The notes beneath the pieces are model-generated. The model searched no databases. It worked only from the letters and a program-made list of their open reading frames with translations, and was not told the origin of the DNA. Below are positions 1 through 12,211 of a stretch of DNA of 64,000 nucleotides, piece by piece (the stretch's first letter is position 1; the number at the start of each line of letters is the position of its first letter). A program made the translations under genes and the position numbers. Where the stretch lies: NCBI GenBank assembly GCA_028826165.1, contig JAPDFW010000090.1, positions 62,001 to 126,000 on the forward strand. The letters run 5' to 3'. The stretch comes from Anaeramoeba ignava BMAN. Its lineage: Eukaryota > Protista > Anaeramoebae.

Positions 1-3000
1 ACTTGTATTTTTTTCAAAATATTATCAAGTGATTTTGGATCGTTTTGTGTTTTTGTTTTGGGATTTGCTTTTTTATTCATTGCCTTCAGTTTTCTCTGTT
101 TTTCTTTATATATTTTTTGCATCTTTTTTTTCTTTTGCATTTCCTTTTTATTTTTCTTAATTGATTCTTTATTATTTGCATTTATTTTCAAATTTGGGTT
201 TGAATTTTTCTTTCCCATCGTGCTTTGTTTTTCGAGTCTCGCAGCAAGTTTTTTCCTTCTGCGAGATCTTGAGGATTGGTAGAAATGAACAAGTTCAGTG
301 ATTGTTGACTGATTAAAATAAAAGTGGATTTCGTTAAAATGAGCATTAATATTTGTCTGAACTTTTTCGTATTCTGGTGATTTAAGTGGAATATGAAGAA
401 ACGAAATGGAAATGAACTTATTTTCTTGTGTATTCGCATCTCCGGAACGGAATAAATATCTTCTGTTTTCCGAAGGTGCGAACAAGTCTTCCACATCCAG
501 TGATTGTATTGTGAAACTTGATGAAACATCAAAACTTTTCACAACCGTTTGGGAATTTATGTTGGATATCGTCAATAAAGCAAGTTTTTTTAATACTGAA
601 TTGTGTGATTCTCGAGATAACTCAAATTCAATTGATTTGATCCGGAATTGAATATCCGAAAGAACTTCCTGTATGTTTTTTTGCAAACCAAAATTTTCAG
701 AAGAAACTTGTTTTTCTTTTTCATAATAAGTATTTTCATTTGTTTTAACAGATTTTTTTTTGGAAATTATTCGAAACAATCTGTACAATGATCTGTATTG
801 ATTTTTTGAAAGAGAAAGAGAGAGACGATCCAAATTTCCAAGAATTCTATTTGTTTTTTTTTTTTAAGAATAAATTAATTTAAAAAAAATGAGAAGAAAA
901 TTAATATAAACTTTTTTTTTTTTACCGAATTTTTGGAATTAAAGGATAATTATGAAGAACAGAAATGCTTAAAGTTGTTTCAATTGAGAAATTTTGGATA
1001 ATTTTATTCAATTTTTCATTTGAATTTTCATTTGAATTTTCATTTGAATTTGAATTTAAATTTTCATTTGAATTTGTAAAATAATTGTTTCCATTTTTAA
1101 ATAATTGCGCATTTGCATCAACTAATTTTAAATGAAAGGTATCATACAAATCATCCAAATCATTTTCAGGAAGATTTTCCAAAGAAAGAATATTTTGGAA
1201 GTAGAGATTATCATTTTCATTATTTTGATAACTAAAATTAATTCGCGAGAACTTTGAAAATCTTCTTTTCCATTTTTCTTGATTTTGTTCAGAATGACTT
1301 TCAAAAGACAAAGATCCAAGATCAAGAACAAGCAAAGAAGAATCAAAAGAATCGGGTTTTTCAGGTATTAAAATAACAGGAGCCTTCATTTGGAATGAAA
1401 GATTGACTTTTTTGTGTTCCGAAATGGCTTTTTGTAAAGATTCTGAAGTAAATTTTGCAAAATTCTCGAATTTGGCAACAGCAGCATCCTCGAATTCTTT
1501 GATTGAATAACGGTCCTTGATCTCAAAAAATTGCATGATTTCTGTATAAAAACTTTTCACAAATACAATTTCCGAGGGTTGAAGAGTAAATTGGATGTTG
1601 ATATCAGAAGCTGTTTCTGAAGGATGAAGTTCAATTTCCATTTCAAGAAAATTCTCTGAATTTTGGGATGATTTCTGAGGATAAAAAATTCTGCGAAATG
1701 GGGAATTCTGTTTTAAATGGTTGTTGATTTCTAGTGAATTGAGAGACAATTTGATTATTTGCGAATTTTTTTGGATCGATATAAAAGATTTGATGTTTGA
1801 AATTGTAATGTCTGATATTGTTGAATAATAATAATCTTGATCCTTCTTGATTTTCTTTGAAAAAACAATTTTCGCGTTTTTGATGTTGATTTGGAATCTG
1901 ATGTTGATTCCTTCATCCATAGAATTGGAAAGGAATTTATTATCCGTAACGCCAAGTGAAATGTATAATTCGTTTATTTTTTCATCGGAAAATTTAACCG
2001 AAATTTTTTCATCTTCATTTTGATTTGGATCATTATTTTCTGAGTCTTCATCATCTGATACAATAAACCTCATGACCCAACTAAGAAGCCCTTTTGATTT
2101 CTTTTTTGTTTTGAGCGACTCGTTTTGCTCGTCTTTTTCTTGATTGCTTAAATTTTTTGACTCGATTTGTTTCAATTTTGCCAGTTCTTTTTTTTGCTTT
2201 TCTTCTTCTTCAATTTCTCTTTCTGCAATTTGTCTGAAGAAGATGATAAAATTTAAAGGGAGCTTTTCCTCGAGCTTTTCTAGTTTCTTTTCATTTTTGG
2301 AACTGAGAGAATTTCTTATTTTTTGTTTCCAAATTTTAGTGTATTTTTTTCGATCAGCTTTTTTTCTGTTAAAAACCGACCAATTAGGGATATTTCTAGC
2401 TTTAAGTAAATCACCTTCTGCGCATTCATAAATAAATTTCCACCATTCTGCATTTGTTTGTGGATTATTATCAGCAGGTCTATGTTGCGGTTTAGAGTAT
2501 CCTCTGTACTATTTTTTTTTATAACATTAAATTAAAATATTTTAAAATTATTCTTTTTGGGAAAATCGGATAATTTTTTCTTTGTACTTTTTCTGCTCTC
2601 CAAAAACGAGTTAAAGCGGCTAAAATTTTAATTATTGTATCATAATGCTGATTTCCCATTGAAAGAACTGGATTATCAAAAGAAATTTCGATATCATATT
2701 GAGGAATATTGTTATTATTATTATTATTATCTTGATCTTGAGATTGAAATGATTGTTGTCTAATTTTCATTTTAATTTCAGCATTAAGTGGCTCAATCAA
2801 ATATTGGTGTTTAGATTTTTGCTCGTTGATTTCGTCTTCTTTAAAATTGACAATTTTTTCTTTTGGATTTTCTTGTTCAAAATCGATATCCCAATAAATG
2901 GAAAAATTAGTTATTGTTAATAATTTGTAAATGATTGATTCTGTTGAATTTGCGATATCTGAGAGGAGATTCCAATTAGAATCTGTGCTTTGTACTGATA

Positions 3001-3913
3001 TTGATTCGAGATTAAAAGCGAGTGAAAAGTTACTCTTTTTTTTTGTTTTGAAATGATAGTAAATTAACATTTATGTTTTTGAATGAATATTTTCCAAATT
3101 TTTTACTCCAGAAATTGAATCTTCAAAAACAAATTGTAAATCTGAAATGTGAATTTGAAGATTTTGAATTAATTTATTAGCAATAAAAGCTGTAAGATTT
3201 TCATCTTTTTTGTTATTAGGATCATCAATTTTAAAATCTTTTCTATTTTTCCAAAATTCGTAAGCTTCTAGATTAGCTAATTTAATTTTTTGAGCTCTTT
3301 CTTTTTCGAGTTCAGGATCATGCTTAATATTTTAAATATTTTAATTTAATATTTAATTTTAAATATTTTAATTTAATATTTAATTTTAATATTTAATTTT
3401 AATATTTTAATATTTAAATATTTTATTTTAATATTTTAATTTAAATATTTAATTTTTATTTTAATTTTAATATTCATTTTATAAATAATTGAATAAATCA
3501 ATTTATAAACCAATTTATAAACCAATTTATAAATAATTGTAATGGATCAATTTAACAATCATTTGGTAAATAATTTAGAAAAATAAAAGGAAAAAGAATT
3601 GAAACTAAAAAAAACTAATTTTTGATACATCTAATAAAAAATTAGGACCAGTTATAATTTTAATATTATCAACAATAGCAATAACAGGGGAATTAGCAAG
3701 ATCTTCCCAAGGAATTTCAATTTGAAGAGTTTGAAGATAACCAGTTTTAATATAAAGAGGTAAATGTAAAAATTTTAAAGCGTCAGGTTGGAATTCTAGA
3801 TTGGAAAGTGAAACACTTCCTTCAAAAATCCCAATTTCAAGATGTTTATCTAATTTTTTAAAAAAATTTCCTAAATATTTATTTAATATTGATGTGATTA
3901 CGTTTCTAAGCAT
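1..3913 (-). CDS. VPS13: VPS13-family lipid transfer protein, 5' part (multi-exon; continues beyond window start)
   Basis: Chorein-N start MLRNVITSILNKYLGNFFKKLDKHLEIGIFEGSVSLSNLEFQPDAL...KTGYLQTLQIEIPWEDL. Later motifs IIYKLLTITNFSIYWD, GLLSWV and MKAPVILIPEK...LLVLDLGSL. GT-AG introns with acceptors at about 3323, 3035, 2509 and 847 join the ORF pieces. Confidence 0.93.
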
Positions 3914-4392
3914 TTGTTTTATTTTATTTTATTTTATTTAAAAAAAGAAAAATAAAAAAATGAAAAAAAAAAATGAAAAAAAAATCTTTTTCCGGTTTTT
4001 CTAAAATTTTGGGAAAATATTAAAAATCGTTTTAATTAGATTAATCTAAATAAAAATATAATTTAATCTAAATTAAAATCTAATTTAAAATAATTAATCA
4101 ATTTAATCAATTTTAATATTAATTTAAAATTAATTTCCAAATTTTTTAAATTAATTTAATTAAAATTTTATTTAGGAAAATATTAAAAATTATTTTAATT
4201 AGATTAATCTAAATAAAAATATAATTTAATCTAAATTAAAATTTAATTTAAAATAATTAATCAATTTAATCAATTTAAATATTAAATTTAAAAATTAATT
4301 TCCAAATTTTTTAAATTAATTTAATTAAAAATTTATTTAGGAAAATATTAAAAATTATTTTAATTAGATTAATTTAAATAAAAATATAATTT

Positions 4393-6777
4393 GGCTTGGT
4401 TTTGATTCTTGCCAAGTGGCATATTGAGCTTATTGGCTTATCGAGCCAAAAGCAAAAAAAAAATAATTGAAACTCAATTAGATCAAAAAAAATACCCCCT
4501 ATTTTTGCCAATTTTGGCAATAAGATTTAGAATCTGATCAATAAAAATTAAAATCCCTAATTTGCCAATTAAGAACTTTTTTATTTACGATTTCCTTTTG
4601 TCAAAATTCGCATTTGGCAAAAAAAAGTTGAAAAAAATCAGAAAAAAAAAATTTTTTTTGGCTCAGAAAGCCAAAATTCATTTAAAGAAGAAATTCCTTT
4701 AAAACCATTTATCTCCATTCTTAGGACATGTTACTTTATTGTGTCCAGGTTTTCCACATTGAGAACAACAATATTTTTTTTCAGAGTTTTTATGTCTTTT
4801 TTTTTCGAATCCATTTTCATGTTCAGAAACTCTTTCTTCTGATAAATCAAAATCTTCTTCAGAACTCCAATCAGAAAAAGAAGAATGTCTATATAGCTTT
4901 CTTTTGGGTTTTGGCTTCTTTATTTCTGGTCCTCCTTCATCCATCTGAATAATTTTAGTCAAATCATTATCTTCTTCATCCATAAAGTGTTCAGAGTTAT
5001 GTAGAATTGGATTTTCAATAAATGGAATATTTTCATTATTTTGATTTGGATCAATCTCCTCTTCATATTCACTGACATAATTCTCTATTTCTTCTTGTAT
5101 TATTTGATTTTCCTCTTGTTCTTCTAAAATTTGAGAAGATTGTCTCTTCTTCTTATCTTGACTGTTTTTCCTTCCTTGTTTCTTTCTTACTTGAGAACTT
5201 AATCTTAATTCATCCTTTTTTTCTTCATCCTCTTTCCTATATTTCTGAACTTTCTCCCACCATTTTGTTGTTTCTTCATTATCTGTTGGAATCTCTCTTG
5301 ATGTCCAGTTCTCTCTTTGAAATTGAATTTTTTTTCTTATCAATTCTTCTTCAGATTTTAATAATTCAACCATTTGTATCAATTTGGGTTTTTCATGTCC
5401 AATTCTTCTGTTTAATCTTTTATGATATCCTTCTAATGGTCCATTTGTTCTTTTGGCTTAAATCTGGAAAACTTGAGATATTCCATATTTGAGGTGAATA
5501 TTTTCTCATCCATATTTTTTGAAAATATTTAAAAAATTCTTCACAACCTTTAAAATGAACTTTTATTTTCTTCAATTTCTCTTCAATCATATTTAATGGA
5601 ATATAAGTTAATTCCTCTAGTGATTCAACTAATTCCTTTTTTTGATTTTCATCTAATTCTGAACACAATTTATTCACCTTTTTCCTTATTGCATTTTTCC
5701 AGTGAAAAAAACAACCTATCAACTGTGCTTCTGGAAGAACTTTCTTGATTGCATTCTGAAGAGAAACTTCAAAGTCACAAGTGACATATTTAAATTTCCA
5801 TTTGGAATTGAGGAAGTATCTAAAGATGTTTTCAAAGATAAATGTGTACATGTCCTGCTTAGAAGAAGTTGAAATTGCATAAACTGCTGGAACGTAAATT
5901 CTACTTGAATGATCAAAACACATAATTGTAATTAATTGAGTAAAGGGTTTGGCTGCACTTAAAAAAGTGCCATCAATAAATATCTGATTGGCCTGAAACA
6001 AAGAGCTAGCTACACTATCTGAAAACCAACAAACAGCCATTTCTTTTTTGTCTTGAATCAATACTTCAGAGGAGAATCTCCAAAATTTTTTTTCATTTTT
6101 TGTTTGTGAATAAGGAGATTCAGAAAGGATTCTTATTAATTCAAAAGGAAATCTTGCTTTTCTAATTGTTGAAATAGTCTGCAAAACATGATGAGCAGGT
6201 GGTATTTCAAAATGATCATCTTCCCCAATTTCAGAATTGATTCTTTCAACAGCTAATTGGTAGATCTCCATAGAAGTCTTTCCTAATTCAGATGCCATTT
6301 GATTAATAAATTCCCAGAATCTTTTGGATAATGATTCATTTCCTTGAATTTGCTTTTCACATTCTTCTGAATGAGGACGATTTAAACGGTATTGATTGTT
6401 GAATCTGATCAATGTTGCACCACAATTAGGAGTCATACACCGATAATACTTCTTCCCTGTCTCTTCAACAAAACTTTTTAATCGAAAAATTCTTGAATTG
6501 AAAATAAGTTTCGAATTCATCAAAAAAGAAAAAAAAATTGAAAAAAAAAAGTCAAAAAAAAAATGAGAATGAAAAATAAAAATTTTTTTCTTTTTCTTAA
6601 ATATTTTTTTTTTCGCAAGATCCGTGATTGGGGAGAGATCTTTTTGTTTTTTGGTTTTTATTAAGAAAAATAAAGTTTTTCAATTTGATTTCAATTTAAA
6701 AATATGTTTATTTTGTTTTATTAGCTCGATAAGCCAATAAGCTCAATATGCCACTTGGCAAGAATCAAAACCAAGCC
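4393..6777 (-). mobile_element. Mutator-like (MULE) DNA transposon, full length 2,385 bp
   Basis: Perfect 54-bp TIRs at 4393-4446 (GGCTTGGTTTTGATTCTTGCCAAGTGGC...TCGAGC) and 6724-6777. An 8-bp TSD, TATAATTT, lies at 4385-4392 and 6778-6785. Internal MULE transposase. Confidence 0.96.
4699..6523 (-). CDS. MULE DDE transposase with N-terminal WRKY/FLYWCH-like Zn finger and C-terminal CCHC knuckle; one frameshift near 5450
   Basis: YYRCMTPNC...PHSEEC; IFIDGTF (D1); VTCDFE (D2); GCFFHW (CxxH). The catalytic RTNGPLEGYH lies in the next frame, which runs on into ORF 4699-5382 ending CSQCGKPGHNKVTC. Confidence 0.9.
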
Positions 6778-8469
6778 TATAATTTAATCTAAATAAATAT
6801 TTAATTTAAAATATTTAATCAATTTAATCAATTTAAATATTAAATTTAAAAATTAATTTCCAAATTTTTTTAATTAATTTAATTAAAAATTTATTTAGGA
6901 AAATATTAAAAATTATTTTAATTAAATTAATTTAAATAAAAATATAATTTAATCTAAATTAAAATTTAATTTAAAATAATTAATCAATTTAATTAATTTA
7001 AATATTAAATTAAAAATTAATTTCCAAATTTTTTAAATTAATTTAATTAAAAATTTACTTGGGAAAATATTAAAAATCATTTTTATTAATTTAATCTAAA
7101 ATAAAAATATAATTTAATCTAAATTAAAATCTAATTTAAAATAATTAATCAATTTAATCAATTTTAAATATTAATTTAAAATTAATTTCCAATTTTTAAA
7201 TTTAATTTAATTAAAAATTTATTTAGGAAAATATTAAAAATTATTTTAATTAGATTAATCTAAATAAAAATATAATTTAATCTAAATTTAAAATCTAATT
7301 TAAAATATTTAATCAATTTAATCAATTTAAATATTAAATTAAAATTAATTTCCAAATAATTTTTAATTAATTTAATTAAAAATTAATTTAGGAAAATATT
7401 AAAAATAATTTTAATTAGATTAATTTAAATAAAAATATAATTTAATCTAAATAAAAATCTAATTTAAAATATTTAATCAATTTAATCAATTTAAATATTA
7501 ATTTAAAATTAATTTCCAATTTTTAAAATTAATTTAATTAAAAATTTATTTAGGAAAATATTAAAAATTATTTTAATTAGATTAATCTAAATAAAAATAT
7601 AATTTAATCTAAATTAAAATCTAATTTAAAAATATTTAATCAATTTAATCAATTTAAATATTAAATTAAAAATTAATTTCCAAATAATTTTATTTAATTT
7701 AATTAAAAATTTATTTAGGAAAATATTAAAAATCATTTTAATTAGATTAATTTAAATAAAAATATAATTTAATCTAAATTAAAATTTAATTTAAAATAAT
7801 TAATCAATTTAATTAATTTAAATATTAAATTAAAAATTAATTTCCAAATTTTTAAATTAATTTAATTAAAAATTTATTTGGGAAAATATTAAAAATCATT
7901 TTTATTAATTTAATCTAAATAAAAATATAATTTAATCTAAATTAAAATTTAATTTAATCAATTTAATCAATTTAATCAATTTAAATATTAAATTAAAAAT
8001 TAATTTCCAAATTTTTAAATTAATTTAATTAAAAATTTATTTAGGAAAATATTAAAAATAATTTTAATTAGATTAATTTAAATAAAAATATAATTTAATC
8101 TAAATTAAAATTTAATTTAAAATAATTTAATCAATTTAATCAATTTAAATATTAATTTAAAATTAATTTCCAAATTTTTAATTAATTAAATTAAAAATTT
8201 ATTTAGGAAAATATTAAAAATAATTTTGGTTAATTTAATTTAAATAAAAATATAATTTAATCTAAATTAAAATTTAATTTAAAATATTTAATCAATTTAA
8301 TCAATTAAAATATTAAATTAAAAATTAATTTCCAAATTTTTTTAATTAATTTAATTAAAAATTTATTTAGGAAATAAATAATTTTGGTTAATTTAATTTA
8401 AATTAAAAATCAATAACAAATGGAAATGATTCATCTTTTTGATAAGTAATTAAATTTAAAAAAAAATTT

Positions 8470-8500
8470 TTTCATTTTTTTTTTCATTTTTTTTCATTTT
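8470..8500 (+). promoter_or_regulatory. Initiator-like TCATTTT motif cluster (representative; recurs upstream of most genes)
   Basis: TTTTCATTTT, often in tandem, lies within about 100 nt (occasionally more) upstream of ATGs. Plus strand: about 8472, 12182, 23425, 28582, 31906, 39022, 46358, 58726 and 62266. Minus strand (AAAATGAAAA): about 3960, 6570, 23392, 41163, 50113, 51891 and 56782. Confidence 0.65.
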
Positions 8501-8525
8501 ATTAAATAACCAAACAAATAATCAA

Positions 8526-11500
8526 ATGTTTAAAAGAAGAAAAAAAGATAAAATTAAAGTTGTTTTTGGTTTTGCTTTTATTTCTTTAACAAATTTAGCT
8601 GTTAAAAATTGTTTAGCTTCAATTAAATGGAAACGAGGAAGATGGAAAGATGAAACTAAACAATGTAAAGTTAATGAACAAGGTTATGTTGAATGGAAAC
8701 AAGAATTTAAAATTCAATCTACTTTATATCGTGATAAATCTACAAATAAATTTGATCCAAAAATATTTCATTGTTTTTTAATTTTGGTATATTTTTTTTA
8801 AATTAAAATTAAATTCATTTATAAAATCTAAATCAAAATTTAAATTAAAATTTAAATTAAAATTAAAATCAAAATTAAAATTAAAATTAAAATTAAAATT
8901 AAAATTAAAATTAAAATTAAAATTAAAATTAAAATTAAAATTAAAATTAAAATTAAAAATTAAAATTAAAATTAAAATTAAAATTAAAAATTAAAAATTT
9001 ATAAAATCTAAAATTAAAATAAAATTAAAATTAAAATTAAAATTAAAATTAAAATTAAAATTTAAAATTAAAATTAAAATTTAAAATTAAAATCAAAATT
9101 AAAATTCATTTAAAATTAAAAATTAAAATTAAAATTAATATTAAAATTAAAATTTTTAAAAATTAAAATTAAAATCAAAAAAATTAAAATTAAAATTTAA
9201 ATCTAAAATTAATATTAAAATTAATATTAAAATTAATATTAAAATAAAGAGAAAAGATGGAATAAAAGGATATTCAGCAATAGGTCAATTAACATTCAAT
9301 ATTGCAGATTTTTATTCAAAAAACGAACCAACAATTTCTGAATATCAATTAGAAATTAAAAGCAAGACAACACAAATAAAACCAAAATTATTAATTTGTT
9401 ATAGATTATTCAAAGATCCAAAAATAAAAAATTTTCCACCTTTATTATATTCTCCAAAAATTCTTGAAAAAATTGAACAATTTAAAAAAAGATATCAACA
9501 AGAAAAATCAATTTTATCTGAAGAAAATTATTCTGAATATACAGTTAATACTACAATTTTAACTGAAAAAGATATGTTTTCTGAAAATTCTTTTGTTTTG
9601 AGTGATTTTCAAAATTTTGATGAAGATCGAAATAAAAATGAAAATGAAAATGAAGATACAAATATAGATTTTAGAAGTTTTAATTTATCTGATACTCCTC
9701 AAGTTTGCAATTAAAATTAAAATTAATATTAAAATTAATATTAAAATTAAAATTAAAATTAAAATTAAAATTAAAATTAAAATTAATTTAAAATTAAAAT
9801 TAAAATTAAAATTAAAATTAAAATTAAAATTAATATTAAAATTAATATTAATATTAAAATTAATTAAAATTAAAATTAAAATTAAAATTAAAATTAAAAT
9901 TAAAATTAAAATTAAAATTATTTAAATTAAAATTAAAATTAAAATTAATATTAAAATTAAAATTAAAATTAAAATTAAAATTAAAATTAAAATTAAAATT
10001 AAAATCAAAATTTAAATTCATTTATAAAATTAAAATTAATATTAAAATTAAAATTAAAATTAAAATATTTAAAATTAAAATTAAAATTAAAAAAATTAAA
10101 GAAAAAAAATCAACCAATTGATGAAAAGAAAATTACATCTGAAATTTTATCATTATACTCAAATGAAGCACATTTAGATATGGAAAAAAATGATCAAAAA
10201 CATCAAATTAAAAACGAAAAATTTTCAGCAAGAAAACCAGAAAGAGGATACAGTCAAATGAATACAATCGAAATGGATTCTAAAAAAAAAGAAAAAGAAA
10301 AAGAAAAAGAAAAAGAAAAACAACCAAAAATAATATTTTCGGATTTTATTGAGAAATCAATGCATAACATAAATAAAAGTGAATCTTTTGGTCAACATTC
10401 ATTGCTTGATTCATTAAGTGATGATCTATTCTTTCAAAATGGAAAAGAATCAATGAATCAACAATATACAATCCAGGATAAACAAGTAATTAAGGAGCAA
10501 AGAAACAAAATTATTCATTTAGAAGAACAGATTCAAATGAAATCACTTGTTTATGTTGAAAAATGTTTTATTGAAAGAATATTGTATTTTCATCAACCAA
10601 TATTCCATCATAATATTCCAGTTCCAGCTTGTTTGATTAATAAGTTTCTTTATTCTTCAAAGGCATTTTATCAAGAAAATTTGGAGCTTTTAAATTCACT
10701 TCTTGATTCATTCCAATTTCTTGTCAATTCAATTACTGATAAAAATCATGCATTGTGGATTTTTGTTAATATTTGGACTTTGCAACAATTTCTTTCTTAT
10801 CAAATAGGTCAAAAACAACTGGAATATTTGACTAATTTTCATCACAAACTTTCTCAATTATTATCTAATTTTTTTGTTCGTTATTGTCGTTTGATTACCA
10901 AATATTTGAATTTTTATATCAATCAAGTGTTTTTTAAATCTAAAATTATCCCAATTTATCCTGCAATTGAAAAATCCAAATTCAGAAATTTAAGAGAAGA
11001 TCCTGGTATTTCCAAAATAATTCGTGAAATGGATAAAATTTGTTTTATGGCTGCTAAATTTCATCTTCCAGATAATTTTTGTGATTTGATTTTGCAAGAA
11101 ATTATTAAATATATTGATTCTTATTTAGTTGTTTCATTATTTAATATTCCAAAATATTGCAGTTTTGAACGAGCACTTCATATCAAGATATTACTTGCAG
11201 AATTTGATTCAAAATTACAAACAATGCCCTATTCTGGTTTGAAGTAAATTTATTTATAAATAATTTTATAATTTTATATTTAATTTTATATATAATTTTA
11301 TATTTAATTTTATAAATAATTTTATATATAATTTTATAAATAATTTTATAATTAATTTTATAAATAATTTTATAAATAATTTTATAATTTTATAAATAAT
11401 TTTATAAATAATTTTATAAATAATTTTATAATTAATTTTATAAATAATTTTATATTTAATTTAATAAATAATTTAATAAATAATTTAATAAATAATTTTA

Positions 11501-12027
11501 TAAATAATTTTATATTTAATTTTATATTTAATTTTATAAATAATTTTATATTTAATTTTATATTTAATTTAATAATAGATCTTGTCTTGTATTTTCAAAA
11601 CAAGCAATTCTTTGCATTTTAATGAATAAAGCTCTTATTTCAAAACCAAAATTGTTAACAGAAATTTGTCCAAATTTAACTAAAACTCAAGTTTGGAGAT
11701 TATTTAATAATTTTACAACAGATCAGTAAAAAAAAAATTAATCAATTAATCAATCAATCCAAAAATATTTATTTTTATATTTATTTTTATATTTTTTATT
11801 TTTATATTTTTTATTTATATTGTTTATTTAGAACTGATCAAGAAATAATTTCAGATTCTCAAATTATTTCAGTTGTTGGAACTCAAACTCAAAATGAACC
11901 TTTTTTAATTTATAATTTTATTCAAGATTTTAATTTAGAATTACCAGAAATTGATGAAAATTTTTTAACTGATCTTCCAATTCCTTTTGAAATCCAAAAA
12001 CCAAAATATTTAGAATTTTTAAGATAA
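8526..12027 (+). CDS. NT-type C2 (EEIG1/EHBP1-like) domain + coiled coil + Dilute-like domain protein, 5 exons
   Basis: Exon 1 has IKWKRG...VEWKQEFKIQSTLY and exon 2 has IGQLTFNIADF (NT-C2). The C-terminal part has LVVSLFNIPKYCSFERALHIK and EICPNLTKTQVWRLFNNFTTD (DIL-like). In-frame GT-AG introns at about 8787-9249, 9703-10101, 11244-11578 and 11726-11831. Confidence 0.78.
8800..10095 (+). repeat. (AAAATT)n microsatellite filling two introns (about 8800-9240 and 9710-10095)
   Basis: Direct hexamer tandem repeats lie between GT donors and AG acceptors. Confidence 0.9.
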
Positions 12028-12211
12028 AATGATCTAAAAAAGAAAAAGAAAGAAAAAGAAATATTTTTTTTAAATTTTGTAATTAAAAAAAAAAAGAAGA
12101 AAAAAAAAAGGAAAAATAATTTTAAATAAAAAAAAAAGAAAAATTTTAAATAAAAATTATTTTTTTTTCACCTTTTTTTTTTCATTTTTTTATTTATTAA
12201 AAAAATAAAAA

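Larger units (their letters stand above)
4010..8400. repeat. AT-rich tandem satellite, ~164-bp unit, ~12 copies, interrupted by the MULE
   Basis: The anchor GGAAAATATTAAAAA recurs at about 4012, 4175 and 4340, then 6898, 7062, 7226, 7391, 7553, 7718, 7880, 8044, 8206 and 8369. Confidence 0.92.
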
